A stretch of 62,291 nt of DNA, filler included. It is 4 parts of 4 records of this genome, joined end to end, with 100 filler letters (N's around TTAATTAATTAA, not from the genome) between each part and the next. Parts side by side here need not be neighbours in the genome. Positions count along the whole stretch, not along the records: positions 1 to 25,225 come from SRR31156797_4729; positions 25,326 to 38,177 come from SRR31156797_4732; 2 more parts are not named here. One strand, 5' to 3'. This document shows positions 21,076 through 29,358 of the stretch, in pieces. Under the pieces are notes generated by a model that did not search any database, was not told where the DNA came from, and saw nothing but the letters and a program-made list of their open reading frames with translations. The first letter of the stretch is position 1. Every line of letters begins with the position of its first letter. The translations under genes and the position numbers were made by a program.

Positions 21076-21924
21076 ATGAAAATTGCGATACAGGGAACCT
21101 TAGGATCATTTCATGAAATAGCAACACGAAACTACTTTCACGAGGATGTTTCATTACTGCCCTGCGACACATTCGAGGAACTCACCGAAAGGCTTGCCAA
21201 TGAAGAGGCCGATTATGGATGTCTGGCCATCGAAAATTCGCTGGTAGGCAGTATTTTGCGCAACTACAAACTGATCCTGGAATATCCGGTAAAAATAATT
21301 GGCGAGGAATATTTACGAATTCGGCAACACCTGCTTGCCCTGCCCGGACAAACCCTTGAAAAAATTATTGAGGTGCATTCACACCCCATGGCCATAGAGC
21401 AATGTAAGGAGTTCTTTAAGAGGCATCCCGAAATTCAACTCATCAATTCTATCGACACAGCCCAAAGTGCAAAGGAGATTTCAGAAGGACAAATTCAGAA
21501 TCGGGGTGCGATAGGAAGTGACCTTGCTGCTCAAATTTACAATCTGGAAACTGTAGCTGCAAGTATCGAAACCAATAAGGAAAATTATACACGGTTCCTG
21601 ATCCTGTCGCATCAAAAAAATGGCATCAGGCATCACGATTCTTTCAATAAGGCATCCATTTGTTTTGCTCTTCCACACAAAACCGGGAGTCTCTCAAAAG
21701 TGCTTAGCATCATTGCCTTTTATGAAATCAATCTGAGCAAGATCGAAAGTTCGCCCATCATGGGAGAGTTGTGGCGTTACCATTTTTATGTGGATGTGAT
21801 ATTCGATGATTTCGACAGGTACCAGCAATGTTTAACAGCCATCGGCCCGCTCACTGTTGACCTGGAAATTCTTGGGGAATACAGGTATGGCGCGGATTCC
21901 CTGAAAGGAATCCACAAAATTTAA
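21076..21924 (+). CDS. pheA: Prephenate dehydratase with ACT domain
   Basis: IENSLVG, SHPMA, NYTRF, LSKIES motifs. Confidence 0.95.
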   Translation: MKIAIQGTLGSFHEIATRNYFHEDVSLLPCDTFEELTERLANEEADYGCLAIENSLVGSILRNYKLILEYPVKIIGEEYLRIRQHLLALPGQTLEKIIEVHSHPMAIEQCKEFFKRHPEIQLINSIDTAQSAKEISEGQIQNRGAIGSDLAAQIYNLETVAASIETNKENYTRFLILSHQKNGIRHHDSFNKASICFALPHKTGSLSKVLSIIAFYEINLSKIESSPIMGELWRYHFYVDVIFDDFDRYQQCLTAIGPLTVDLEILGEYRYGADSLKGIHKI

Positions 21925-21974
21925 TAGTTCATTTAGAGAAATTAAATGAACAGGACTTTAAACCAATATTTTAC

Positions 21975-23126
21975 ATGATAATAAAACCAGCAAACAGGCT
22001 CAATAACACCCGGGAATATTACTTCGCTACCAAGCTTCGGGAATTGGCAAGGCGAAAGGCTGCCGGTGAGCCGGTTATCAACTTGGGGATTGGTAGTCCG
22101 GACCTTGTTCCTGCCCATGAAGCAATCGATGAAGTTAAGAATCAGATAACTAAAACTGATGTACACGGTTATCAGAACTACTCTGGAATTCCTGAGCTCA
22201 GGCAGGCATATGCTGACTGGTATCAAAATCATTTTAAGGTCGTGCTCAACCCGGACAATGAAATTTTACCTTTGATGGGATCGAAAGAAGGCATCATGCA
22301 TATTTCGCTGGCCTATCTCAATCCCGGCGACAGCGTTCTGGTTCCTGATCCCGGATATCCTGCTTATGCTGTTGTGGCCAATATTGTTGGGGCAAAGGTG
22401 CTGAAATACAATCTGACTGAGAATCAGGGATGGTTGCCCGATTTTGATGAATTGGGAAGTCTGGCTATGCAGAAACCAAAAATCCTCTGGCTGAATTATC
22501 CGCACATGCCCACCGGAACAAATGCGAGTTCACAGCTTTACGAACAGATCATCAGGTTTGCAGCGGACCATCAAATCCTGGTTGTTAACGACAACCCCTA
22601 CAGTTTTATCCTCAACGACAAGCCGGTCAGCATACTTTCGGTTGACGGGGCAAAAGAGGTAGCCATTGAGTTGAATTCACTCAGCAAATCGCATAACATG
22701 GCTGGTTGGCGGATTGGCATGGTGGCCGGTAATTCCGATTTCCTAAAAAATGTCCTGACCATAAAAAGCAATATGGATTCGGGGATGTTTAAACCGCTAC
22801 AACTTGCTGCGGTTAAAGCATTAAAAAGTGATGATAGCTGGTATTCGGAATTAAACACCATTTACCGAAAACGACAAAAACTGGCGTTGGAAATATTTGA
22901 CCGGCTCCATGTTGCATACAGAGAAAACCAATCCGGAATGTTTATTTGGGGAAGAATACCTGACAGGTTTAAGGATGCTTTTGAATTATCGGATTACTAT
23001 CTGGATAAACACGCAATATTCATTACACCGGGAGCAATCTTCGGGGAAAACGGGAAGCAGTATGTCCGGATATCGCTCTGTAGCCCGGCTGAAATTTTGA
23101 AAGAAGTTATAGAACGAGTCAAATAA
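21975..23126 (+). CDS. PLP-dependent class I/II aminotransferase (aromatic pathway by context)
   Basis: GSKEG, DNPY, SLSKSHNMAGWRIG. Confidence 0.92.
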   Translation: MIIKPANRLNNTREYYFATKLRELARRKAAGEPVINLGIGSPDLVPAHEAIDEVKNQITKTDVHGYQNYSGIPELRQAYADWYQNHFKVVLNPDNEILPLMGSKEGIMHISLAYLNPGDSVLVPDPGYPAYAVVANIVGAKVLKYNLTENQGWLPDFDELGSLAMQKPKILWLNYPHMPTGTNASSQLYEQIIRFAADHQILVVNDNPYSFILNDKPVSILSVDGAKEVAIELNSLSKSHNMAGWRIGMVAGNSDFLKNVLTIKSNMDSGMFKPLQLAAVKALKSDDSWYSELNTIYRKRQKLALEIFDRLHVAYRENQSGMFIWGRIPDRFKDAFELSDYYLDKHAIFITPGAIFGENGKQYVRISLCSPAEILKEVIERVK

Positions 23127-23191
23127 GTAGAACGTTAAATGTTTGGTCTGTGAATCAGGTCATACATCTGAAATAATAAAATATAAAACAG

Positions 23192-24031
23192 ATGACCATA
23201 ACAATAATAGGTCTCGGATTGATGGGAGGCTCAGCGGCCATTGACCTCAAAAAGCGGGGTTTTGCTACAAAAATCATAGGTGTGGATAACAACAAACTCC
23301 ACGCTGAAACTGCCCTGCACATTGGTGTGGTGGATGAGTTGGCCACACTTGAAGATGCCGTAAAGCAAAGTGAAATTGTGGTTGTAGCCGTACCTGTGGA
23401 TAGTGCATTAAAGCTCATCCCTAAAATTCTTGATCTATCGGATAACCAGGCCATCACGGATATGTGTTCAACAAAAGGACGTATCTGCGAATTGGCCAAA
23501 TACCATCCGAAACGAAAAAATTATGTGGCGGCACATCCCATGGCAGGCACTGAGTTTTCAGGCCCCTGGGCTGCTAAATCAGGACTTTACGACGGAAAGG
23601 CAGTGATTTTTTGTGACACCCAGGAGTCAGATATCCGCAAAGTAGCCACCATCCGCCGGATGTTCGAAACGCTGAATATGCGTGTAACGTTTATGGATTC
23701 TGATAGCCACGACCGGCATGCCGCTTTTGTATCACACATTTCTCATATCAGCTCCTTTGCATTGGCGCTAACTGTACTCGACCAGGAAAAAAACGAGCGT
23801 CACATTTTTGATCTGGCCAGCGGCGGTTTCGATTCAACCGTGCGACTGGCCAAAAGCTCTGCCGAGATGTGGTCGCCCATTTTTGAGCAAAACGCATCCA
23901 ATGTTGTTGAAGTATTAAACACATATATAGACAAACTAAATCAGTTCAAAGAAGCCATTTCGAAAGGCGAACGCGAAGAAATAGATGGGCTGATCAATAA
24001 ATCTAACCACATAAAGAAGATCCTCAAATGA
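23192..24031 (+). CDS. tyrA: Prephenate dehydrogenase
   Basis: GLGLMGGS, HPMAGTE, HD..SH, STVRLAKS. Confidence 0.95.
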   Translation: MTITIIGLGLMGGSAAIDLKKRGFATKIIGVDNNKLHAETALHIGVVDELATLEDAVKQSEIVVVAVPVDSALKLIPKILDLSDNQAITDMCSTKGRICELAKYHPKRKNYVAAHPMAGTEFSGPWAAKSGLYDGKAVIFCDTQESDIRKVATIRRMFETLNMRVTFMDSDSHDRHAAFVSHISHISSFALALTVLDQEKNERHIFDLASGGFDSTVRLAKSSAEMWSPIFEQNASNVVEVLNTYIDKLNQFKEAISKGEREEIDGLINKSNHIKKILK

Positions 24032-25137
24032 AAACCATAAACACCATAGAAATTTTAAAAGACTGGGGCCTGGGGAACGGCAATCGGCCATTGATCATTT
24101 CAGGGCCATGTAGCGCAGAAACATCCGAGCAAATGCTGTCCACTGCGTTTGACCTTAAAAGTGCCGGGGTCACCGTGTTCAGAGCAGGCATATGGAAACC
24201 ACGCACCCGTCCCGGATCATTTGAAGGAGTAGGTAAAGAAGGGTTGAAGTGGATGAATGAGGTCAAGCAAAAAACAGGCATGCTCACAGCTACCGAAGTG
24301 GCAAATACAGCTCACGTTGAAGCAGCACTTAAAAGCGATATCGATATCCTTTGGATCGGAGCCCGCACTTCCGCTAACCCTTTTGCTGTGCAGGAAATTG
24401 CCGACTCCTTACGGGATTGTAAAAAGATCATTTTCGTTAAAAACCCCATTAATCCGGATGTGGAACTCTGGAATGGTGCCGTTGAACGTTTGCAAAAAGT
24501 GGGGATTAGTAAAATAGCTGTTGTACACCGCGGATTTTCTACTTTCGAAAACAGCATTTATCGCAATCCACCCATGTGGCAGGTTCCCATTGAACTGAAA
24601 CGCCGGCTTCCGGAAACGCCAATTTTCTGTGATCCAAGTCACATTGCCGGGAACCGTGAGTTGCTGCACGCGATCTCACAAAAAGCCATGGACCTCAACT
24701 ACGACGGGCTTATGATCGAATCGCACTGTAACCCCGATGAGGCCTGGAGCGATAAACAGCAGCAAATCAAACCATCGGCATTGGGTATCATTTTGCAAAA
24801 CCTTGTGATTCGCCAGGTAAACCTGAATGGCACCACCGGTGAAACCCTGGAGGAGTTGCGGAGCCAGATCAGCTATCTGGATGATGAGCTGTTTGATGTC
24901 ATGCAAAAACGTATGGAGGTGGCGAAATCAATTGGCCGTTTCAAGAAAGAAAACAACATGACCATTCTGCAACCCCGAAGGTGGGAGGAGATCATCGAAA
25001 ACAGCATCCGTAAAGGAGAGGAACGTGATCTCAGTGGCCGGTTTATAAATAAATTATTTAAAGCCATCCACGAAGAATCCATTGCCAAACAAACCGACAT
25101 CATGAACGAAGGAAATAATGGTGTTGATTGGGAGTAA
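24028..25137 (+). CDS. Bifunctional DAHP synthase / chorismate mutase
   Basis: GPCSAE, WKPRTRP, IGART, DPSH plus C-terminal AroQ-type helix domain. Confidence 0.94.
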   Translation: MKTINTIEILKDWGLGNGNRPLIISGPCSAETSEQMLSTAFDLKSAGVTVFRAGIWKPRTRPGSFEGVGKEGLKWMNEVKQKTGMLTATEVANTAHVEAALKSDIDILWIGARTSANPFAVQEIADSLRDCKKIIFVKNPINPDVELWNGAVERLQKVGISKIAVVHRGFSTFENSIYRNPPMWQVPIELKRRLPETPIFCDPSHIAGNRELLHAISQKAMDLNYDGLMIESHCNPDEAWSDKQQQIKPSALGIILQNLVIRQVNLNGTTGETLEELRSQISYLDDELFDVMQKRMEVAKSIGRFKKENNMTILQPRRWEEIIENSIRKGEERDLSGRFINKLFKAIHEESIAKQTDIMNEGNNGVDWE

Positions 25138-25141
25138 TTGA

Positions 25142-25225
25142 AAAACCTAACAGGTTTACCCCCGCACGCAAAGCTCTAATATCAGGGAAACACAGATAAC
25201 CTTTTGCACACAAAACCTGTAAGGT
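25142..25225. repeat. REP-like AAACCTnnnAGGT palindromes at the contig end
   Basis: aaacctaacaggttt (25143-25157) and aaacctgtaaggt (25213-25225); partial copy at 35936-35948. Confidence 0.55.
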
Positions 25226-25325
25226 NNNNNNNNNNNNNNNNNNNNNNNNNNNNNNNNNNNNNNNNNNNNTTAATTAATTAANNNNNNNNNNNNNNNNNNN
25301 NNNNNNNNNNNNNNNNNNNNNNNNN
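25226..25325. other. Artificial contig linker
   Basis: N run containing TTAATTAATTAA (stops in all six frames). Confidence 0.99.
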
Positions 25326-25512
25326 AAGAACTAAGGCTGAGTACCTATTCTGCAAGTTTCCTTTTTCGAGAAACCTACACCTTCTTCCCGAAATAAGCTT
25401 CACACAATTCAGAAATTTATTCAAAATCAAATCACATTAGTATCACTAATCCAAAATTAGTTTTACTTTTGCAGGAAATATCAAAATAATGTTTTTCAAA
25501 CACAAAAAACCG

Positions 25513-25857
25513 ATGATCCTACAAACAAATTTAAAACACATTACTTCGGGCGACGACCTGAATAAACTGATAGCCGAAAAGGAAAATGTAATGGTATGTT
25601 GTGGCCGCATGGGCCCCATGTGTATTCCTGTTTACCAAACCATGAAGAAGCTGGAAGGCGAGTACCAGAATGTTGCGTTTTTCGATTTCCTTTTCGACCA
25701 CCCGGATGCACATCTGATCAAGAGCCTGCCGGAATGCCAGGGCTTTATGGGTTTGCCGTTTACGGTTTATTATAAAAACGGTAAGGTGGCTTCTGCAACT
25801 TCAAGTATCCAAAACGAAAGCCAGATCAGGGAGCATCTGGATGCGATGGTGAAGTAA
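25513..25857 (+). CDS. Thioredoxin-fold protein with CGRMGPMC motif
   Basis: Trx-like layout with cis-Pro motif GLPFT; TACTTTTG box at 25464-25471. Confidence 0.8.
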   Translation: MILQTNLKHITSGDDLNKLIAEKENVMVCCGRMGPMCIPVYQTMKKLEGEYQNVAFFDFLFDHPDAHLIKSLPECQGFMGLPFTVYYKNGKVASATSSIQNESQIREHLDAMVK

Positions 25858-26010
25858 TTTATATCATTGCTGTCTGACAAAAAACGGTTTGTTGAAGACA
25901 GATTCTTCGCCTTACTTCGTTTCGCTCATAATCTGTTTCATTTCTTACGAACAATATTGATTTTCTTTCTTCTGATTTTTGACTGACTGATCTTCAATGC
26001 AATAAAAAGA

Positions 26011-26046
26011 AACCTGATTTTCGATAATGAAGAAAATCAGGTTTTT
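26011..26046. terminator. Intrinsic terminator-like hairpin
   Basis: AAACCTGATTTTC...GAAAATCAGGTTT followed by T run. Confidence 0.7.
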
Positions 26047-26136
26047 GTGTTTTTTTTGGGCCGATACTTCAATGTTATTTAAAAAACAATACTTTTGTCT
26101 CACTGAATTTTTAATCGTTCACATACATAAGAATAG

Positions 26137-26277
26137 TTTCTTCGGGGCAGGGTGAATACGCCTTTGGCGTGTAATTCCCGACCGGCGGTGACAGTCCGCG
26201 ACTCATTGGCATTATTCGTCAGTGACCGGTCCGGTGAAATTCCGGAACCGACAGTATAGTCTGGATGGTAGAAGAAA
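26137..26277 (+). ncRNA. FMN riboswitch (RFN element)
   Basis: TCTTCGGGGCAGGGTGA..ATTCCCGACCGGCGGT..AGTCCGCGA..CCGGTGAAATTCCGGAACCGACAGTATAGTCTGGATG..AGAAGA; P1 TTTCTTC/GAAGAAA; TACTTTTG box at 26090-26097. Confidence 0.95.
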
Positions 26278-26387
26278 TAAGGTGATCAACAAGAGAGAAC
26301 TTTCAGGGATTTATCATATCTATTTTATATAGATGTGTTATTTCTTTTGTTGCTGCTTTGTTTATTTTTTCAATCCATGATAAAACG

Positions 26388-26417
26388 AACCCCGAAGTAT
26401 TATTTCGGGGTTTTTTT
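26388..26417 (+). terminator. Riboswitch expression-platform terminator
   Basis: AACCCCGAAG...TTTCGGGGTT plus U-tract; 5' arm CCCCGAAG is complementary to aptamer CTTCGGGG (26140-26147). Confidence 0.88.
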
Positions 26418-26443
26418 ATGTCTAAATTATTCGCATTACAGCA

Positions 26444-29029
26444 ATGAAAAGAAAAGCATTACAGTTGGCAATGGTCATTTTGATGGCCTTGATTGGAAGT
26501 GCAAATGCACAATCGGTAATTATCGGGAAAGTGGTAAACAAAAAAAACGGGGAGCCACTAACCGGGGTTAACATCTTGATTTCACAAACCGGGCAGGGAA
26601 CATCAACCGGTTTGAACGGCGAATTTTCGCTGAGTACAAATCCCGGGAAATTAATCGTTAATTTTTCCAGCCTTGGTTTTATTTCCGAGGCCATGGAAGT
26701 TGAGCTAAATCCAGCCGAGGAAAAAGATCTTGGCCTGGTTCAGCTACTACCGGATATGATTGCACTGAAGGAAGTGAATATTATTTCGTCGGTTGCCGAA
26801 GATCGTAAAACACCGGTAGCACTCTCCAGCATTCCTGCCAGGCAAATCGAAACCCGCCTGGGCGACCAGGCATTTCCGGAGATCATGAAGATGGTGCCCG
26901 GAGTTTACCCCACCCGCACAGGTGGCGGTAGCGGTGATGCAGAAGTGAATGTCAGGGGTTTCGAACAGGAAAATGTGGCCTTGTTGCTCAACGGAATTCC
27001 TATATCAAGTGTTGAAAACGGGCTGGTGTACTGGAACAACTGGATTGGGCTTTCGGATGCCACCCGGTCCATACAGGTGCAGCGCGGCCTTGGGGCCTCA
27101 AACGTTGCACTCAATTCTGTAGGTGGAACCATTAACATTGTAACCAAAACCACAGAGGCTGAAAAAGGCGGATCAATTGCCTATTCTTTGTCCAGCTATG
27201 GAAACTCAAAAATGACCCTGGCCCTTTCCAGCGGTAAAATGAAAAACGGTGTTGCTGTTAATTTTCTTGGTTCACGCACGCAGGGAACCGGATATGTGGA
27301 TGCAACCTATGTGGATGCCTGGGCCTATTTTCTATCGGTAAGCAATGAGTTTAACAGCAGACACAAACTGGTTTTTACGGCATTGGGTGCCCCTGAACGT
27401 CACGGGCAGCGTACCTTAAGACTTTCACAAAAGGAGGTTGATCTTCACGGTTTGAAGTTCAATAAGGATTGGGGAAGCTATAACGGCCAGATCAATAATG
27501 CTTCGGAGAATTTTTATCACAAACCTTACATTACCCTTAACCACTACTGGAAAATGAGCGAACGCCTTTTCCTGGCGACATCAGCATATTATTCACCTGG
27601 TTATGGCGGTGGAAAATGGTCGGAGGTGTATGGCTGGGGAACACCAACCGTTTTTGAATACCGCAATCCCAGTGGCCAGATCGACTGGGATGCCATATAT
27701 CAAAACAATGCAACACACACTGATACCGCTACCCTTTCCACAGGTGAGATGGTAACCGGATTTTCCAAAAATGTGCAAACAGATTTCCTGGCCAGCCACC
27801 ATTGGGGCGGTTTGCTTTCGAGACTGGAATTTCAGAAAAACGAAAATTTTAAATACACACTGGGTATACACCTGCGCTATTTCAAATCCAAACTCCAGGA
27901 AAAAATCACTGATTTGCTTGGTGGCGATTTCTATATCGACGATTATAGCTGGGCCTTTGACGGACTTGCCGGGAGGAATGAGATCAAGACTGTTGGCGAT
28001 GTGATCAAAGTGGATAATGGTGCCATTAATCCATCATCGAGTATTTTCGGGCAAATTGAATATGAAAAAGGAAATACCAATGCATTTCTGAGTGGTACTT
28101 TCAACAATGTATGGTACCAGCGCTACGATAATTATAATTATGTGGATGACACCAAAAGCGATGTGTTGCTCAAAACTGGATTTGATATAAAAGGTGGAGT
28201 GAATCAAAGGGTAGGGGAGCATCATAACTTTTTTGCAAACGGAGGATTCTTTTCAAGGGCACCCTATTTTAAATATGTGTTTGGCAGTTTCACCAATGTG
28301 CAAACCAAAGATCTGGAAAACGAAAAAGTGAAAGCTTTTGAAGTTGGATATGGCTACACCCGAAATATTACCCGGTTCAGAATGAATTATTATTACACCA
28401 TTTGGGAAGATAAAAGCTTTCTGTCCAATGAATACATCCAACTGGAGGACAACACCCAGACACGTGCTTTTGTAACCGGGCTTGACGCCGTACACAGTGG
28501 TTTTGAACTGGAGGTAGAACAAAAAGTGAACAGGAATTTAAACCTGGGTGGTGTTTTATCTTTAGGAAACTGGAAATGGAATAATGATGTTACCGCCGTT
28601 TTATTCGACGATTCAAATGCACCGGTCGATACGGTAAATGTTTATGCTGACGGGCTTTATGTTGGGGGCGCACCGCAATTTCAGGCCGGGTTGTATGGTG
28701 ATGTTAATATTCTGAACACCTTTAACCTTTCGGCAAACTGGATGTATTACGATAAAATCTATGCAGATTTTGATCCATCAGGCAGAAACAATCCAGACGA
28801 CAGGTCCCAGTCATTTAAGATACCATCCTATTCTATTGTTGATGTCCACCTGTATTTTCCTTTTGATTTTGCCGGTTTGCCTGCCATGCTCAATATGAGC
28901 TGCTACAATCTTTTCGATTCGGAGCACATTATCAGGGGTGAGGACGGCTCCAATCATAACCAGGAAAGTTTCAGGGGATTCTGGGGTTTTGGCCGTACCT
29001 TTAATGTTATGATGAAACTCAGTTTTTAA
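26444..29029 (+). CDS. TonB-dependent receptor, candidate flavin importer
   Basis: Signal peptide, N-terminal CarboxypepD_reg-like domain, plug (VRGF, GGTINIVT), C-terminal Phe. Confidence 0.93.
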   Translation: MKRKALQLAMVILMALIGSANAQSVIIGKVVNKKNGEPLTGVNILISQTGQGTSTGLNGEFSLSTNPGKLIVNFSSLGFISEAMEVELNPAEEKDLGLVQLLPDMIALKEVNIISSVAEDRKTPVALSSIPARQIETRLGDQAFPEIMKMVPGVYPTRTGGGSGDAEVNVRGFEQENVALLLNGIPISSVENGLVYWNNWIGLSDATRSIQVQRGLGASNVALNSVGGTINIVTKTTEAEKGGSIAYSLSSYGNSKMTLALSSGKMKNGVAVNFLGSRTQGTGYVDATYVDAWAYFLSVSNEFNSRHKLVFTALGAPERHGQRTLRLSQKEVDLHGLKFNKDWGSYNGQINNASENFYHKPYITLNHYWKMSERLFLATSAYYSPGYGGGKWSEVYGWGTPTVFEYRNPSGQIDWDAIYQNNATHTDTATLSTGEMVTGFSKNVQTDFLASHHWGGLLSRLEFQKNENFKYTLGIHLRYFKSKLQEKITDLLGGDFYIDDYSWAFDGLAGRNEIKTVGDVIKVDNGAINPSSSIFGQIEYEKGNTNAFLSGTFNNVWYQRYDNYNYVDDTKSDVLLKTGFDIKGGVNQRVGEHHNFFANGGFFSRAPYFKYVFGSFTNVQTKDLENEKVKAFEVGYGYTRNITRFRMNYYYTIWEDKSFLSNEYIQLEDNTQTRAFVTGLDAVHSGFELEVEQKVNRNLNLGGVLSLGNWKWNNDVTAVLFDDSNAPVDTVNVYADGLYVGGAPQFQAGLYGDVNILNTFNLSANWMYYDKIYADFDPSGRNNPDDRSQSFKIPSYSIVDVHLYFPFDFAGLPAMLNMSCYNLFDSEHIIRGEDGSNHNQESFRGFWGFGRTFNVMMKLSF

Positions 29030-29052
29030 ATGAAAAAATACAATTGATTGAT

Positions 29053-29087
29053 AAAATCCGGCCTCTCTTTCAGGCCGGATTTTTTTT
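29053..29087 (+). terminator. Intrinsic terminator
   Basis: AAAATCCGGCCT...AGGCCGGATTTT plus U-tract. Confidence 0.88.
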
Positions 29088-29358
29088 GCTTTTAATCAAT
29101 AAAAAACGCACCTAAACTTAACAAAAAATTAATAATTCGGTGTGCTTTGAATCGAAGGTATGATATACTTTCGCCACATTTTTCAGGGTGGAAATGAAAA
29201 GCGAATTGTTGATAATTTAGTTGATAACTAGATGTTAAATTTTAGTCCAATCCGTTTTGATTCTATTAAATTGGTCGGCTCTTCTAACAAGCTAAAAGTA
29301 TGTCAAGGAATCATTCAAATATCTTTTTCTTAACTTTTAATTTAAAATTCAAAACAAC

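Noticed and set aside
25226-25325. TTAATTAATTAA palindrome in N runs (also 38178-38277 and 53399-53498)
   Set aside because: Identical 100-nt artificial joiner; no gene linkage can be inferred across it
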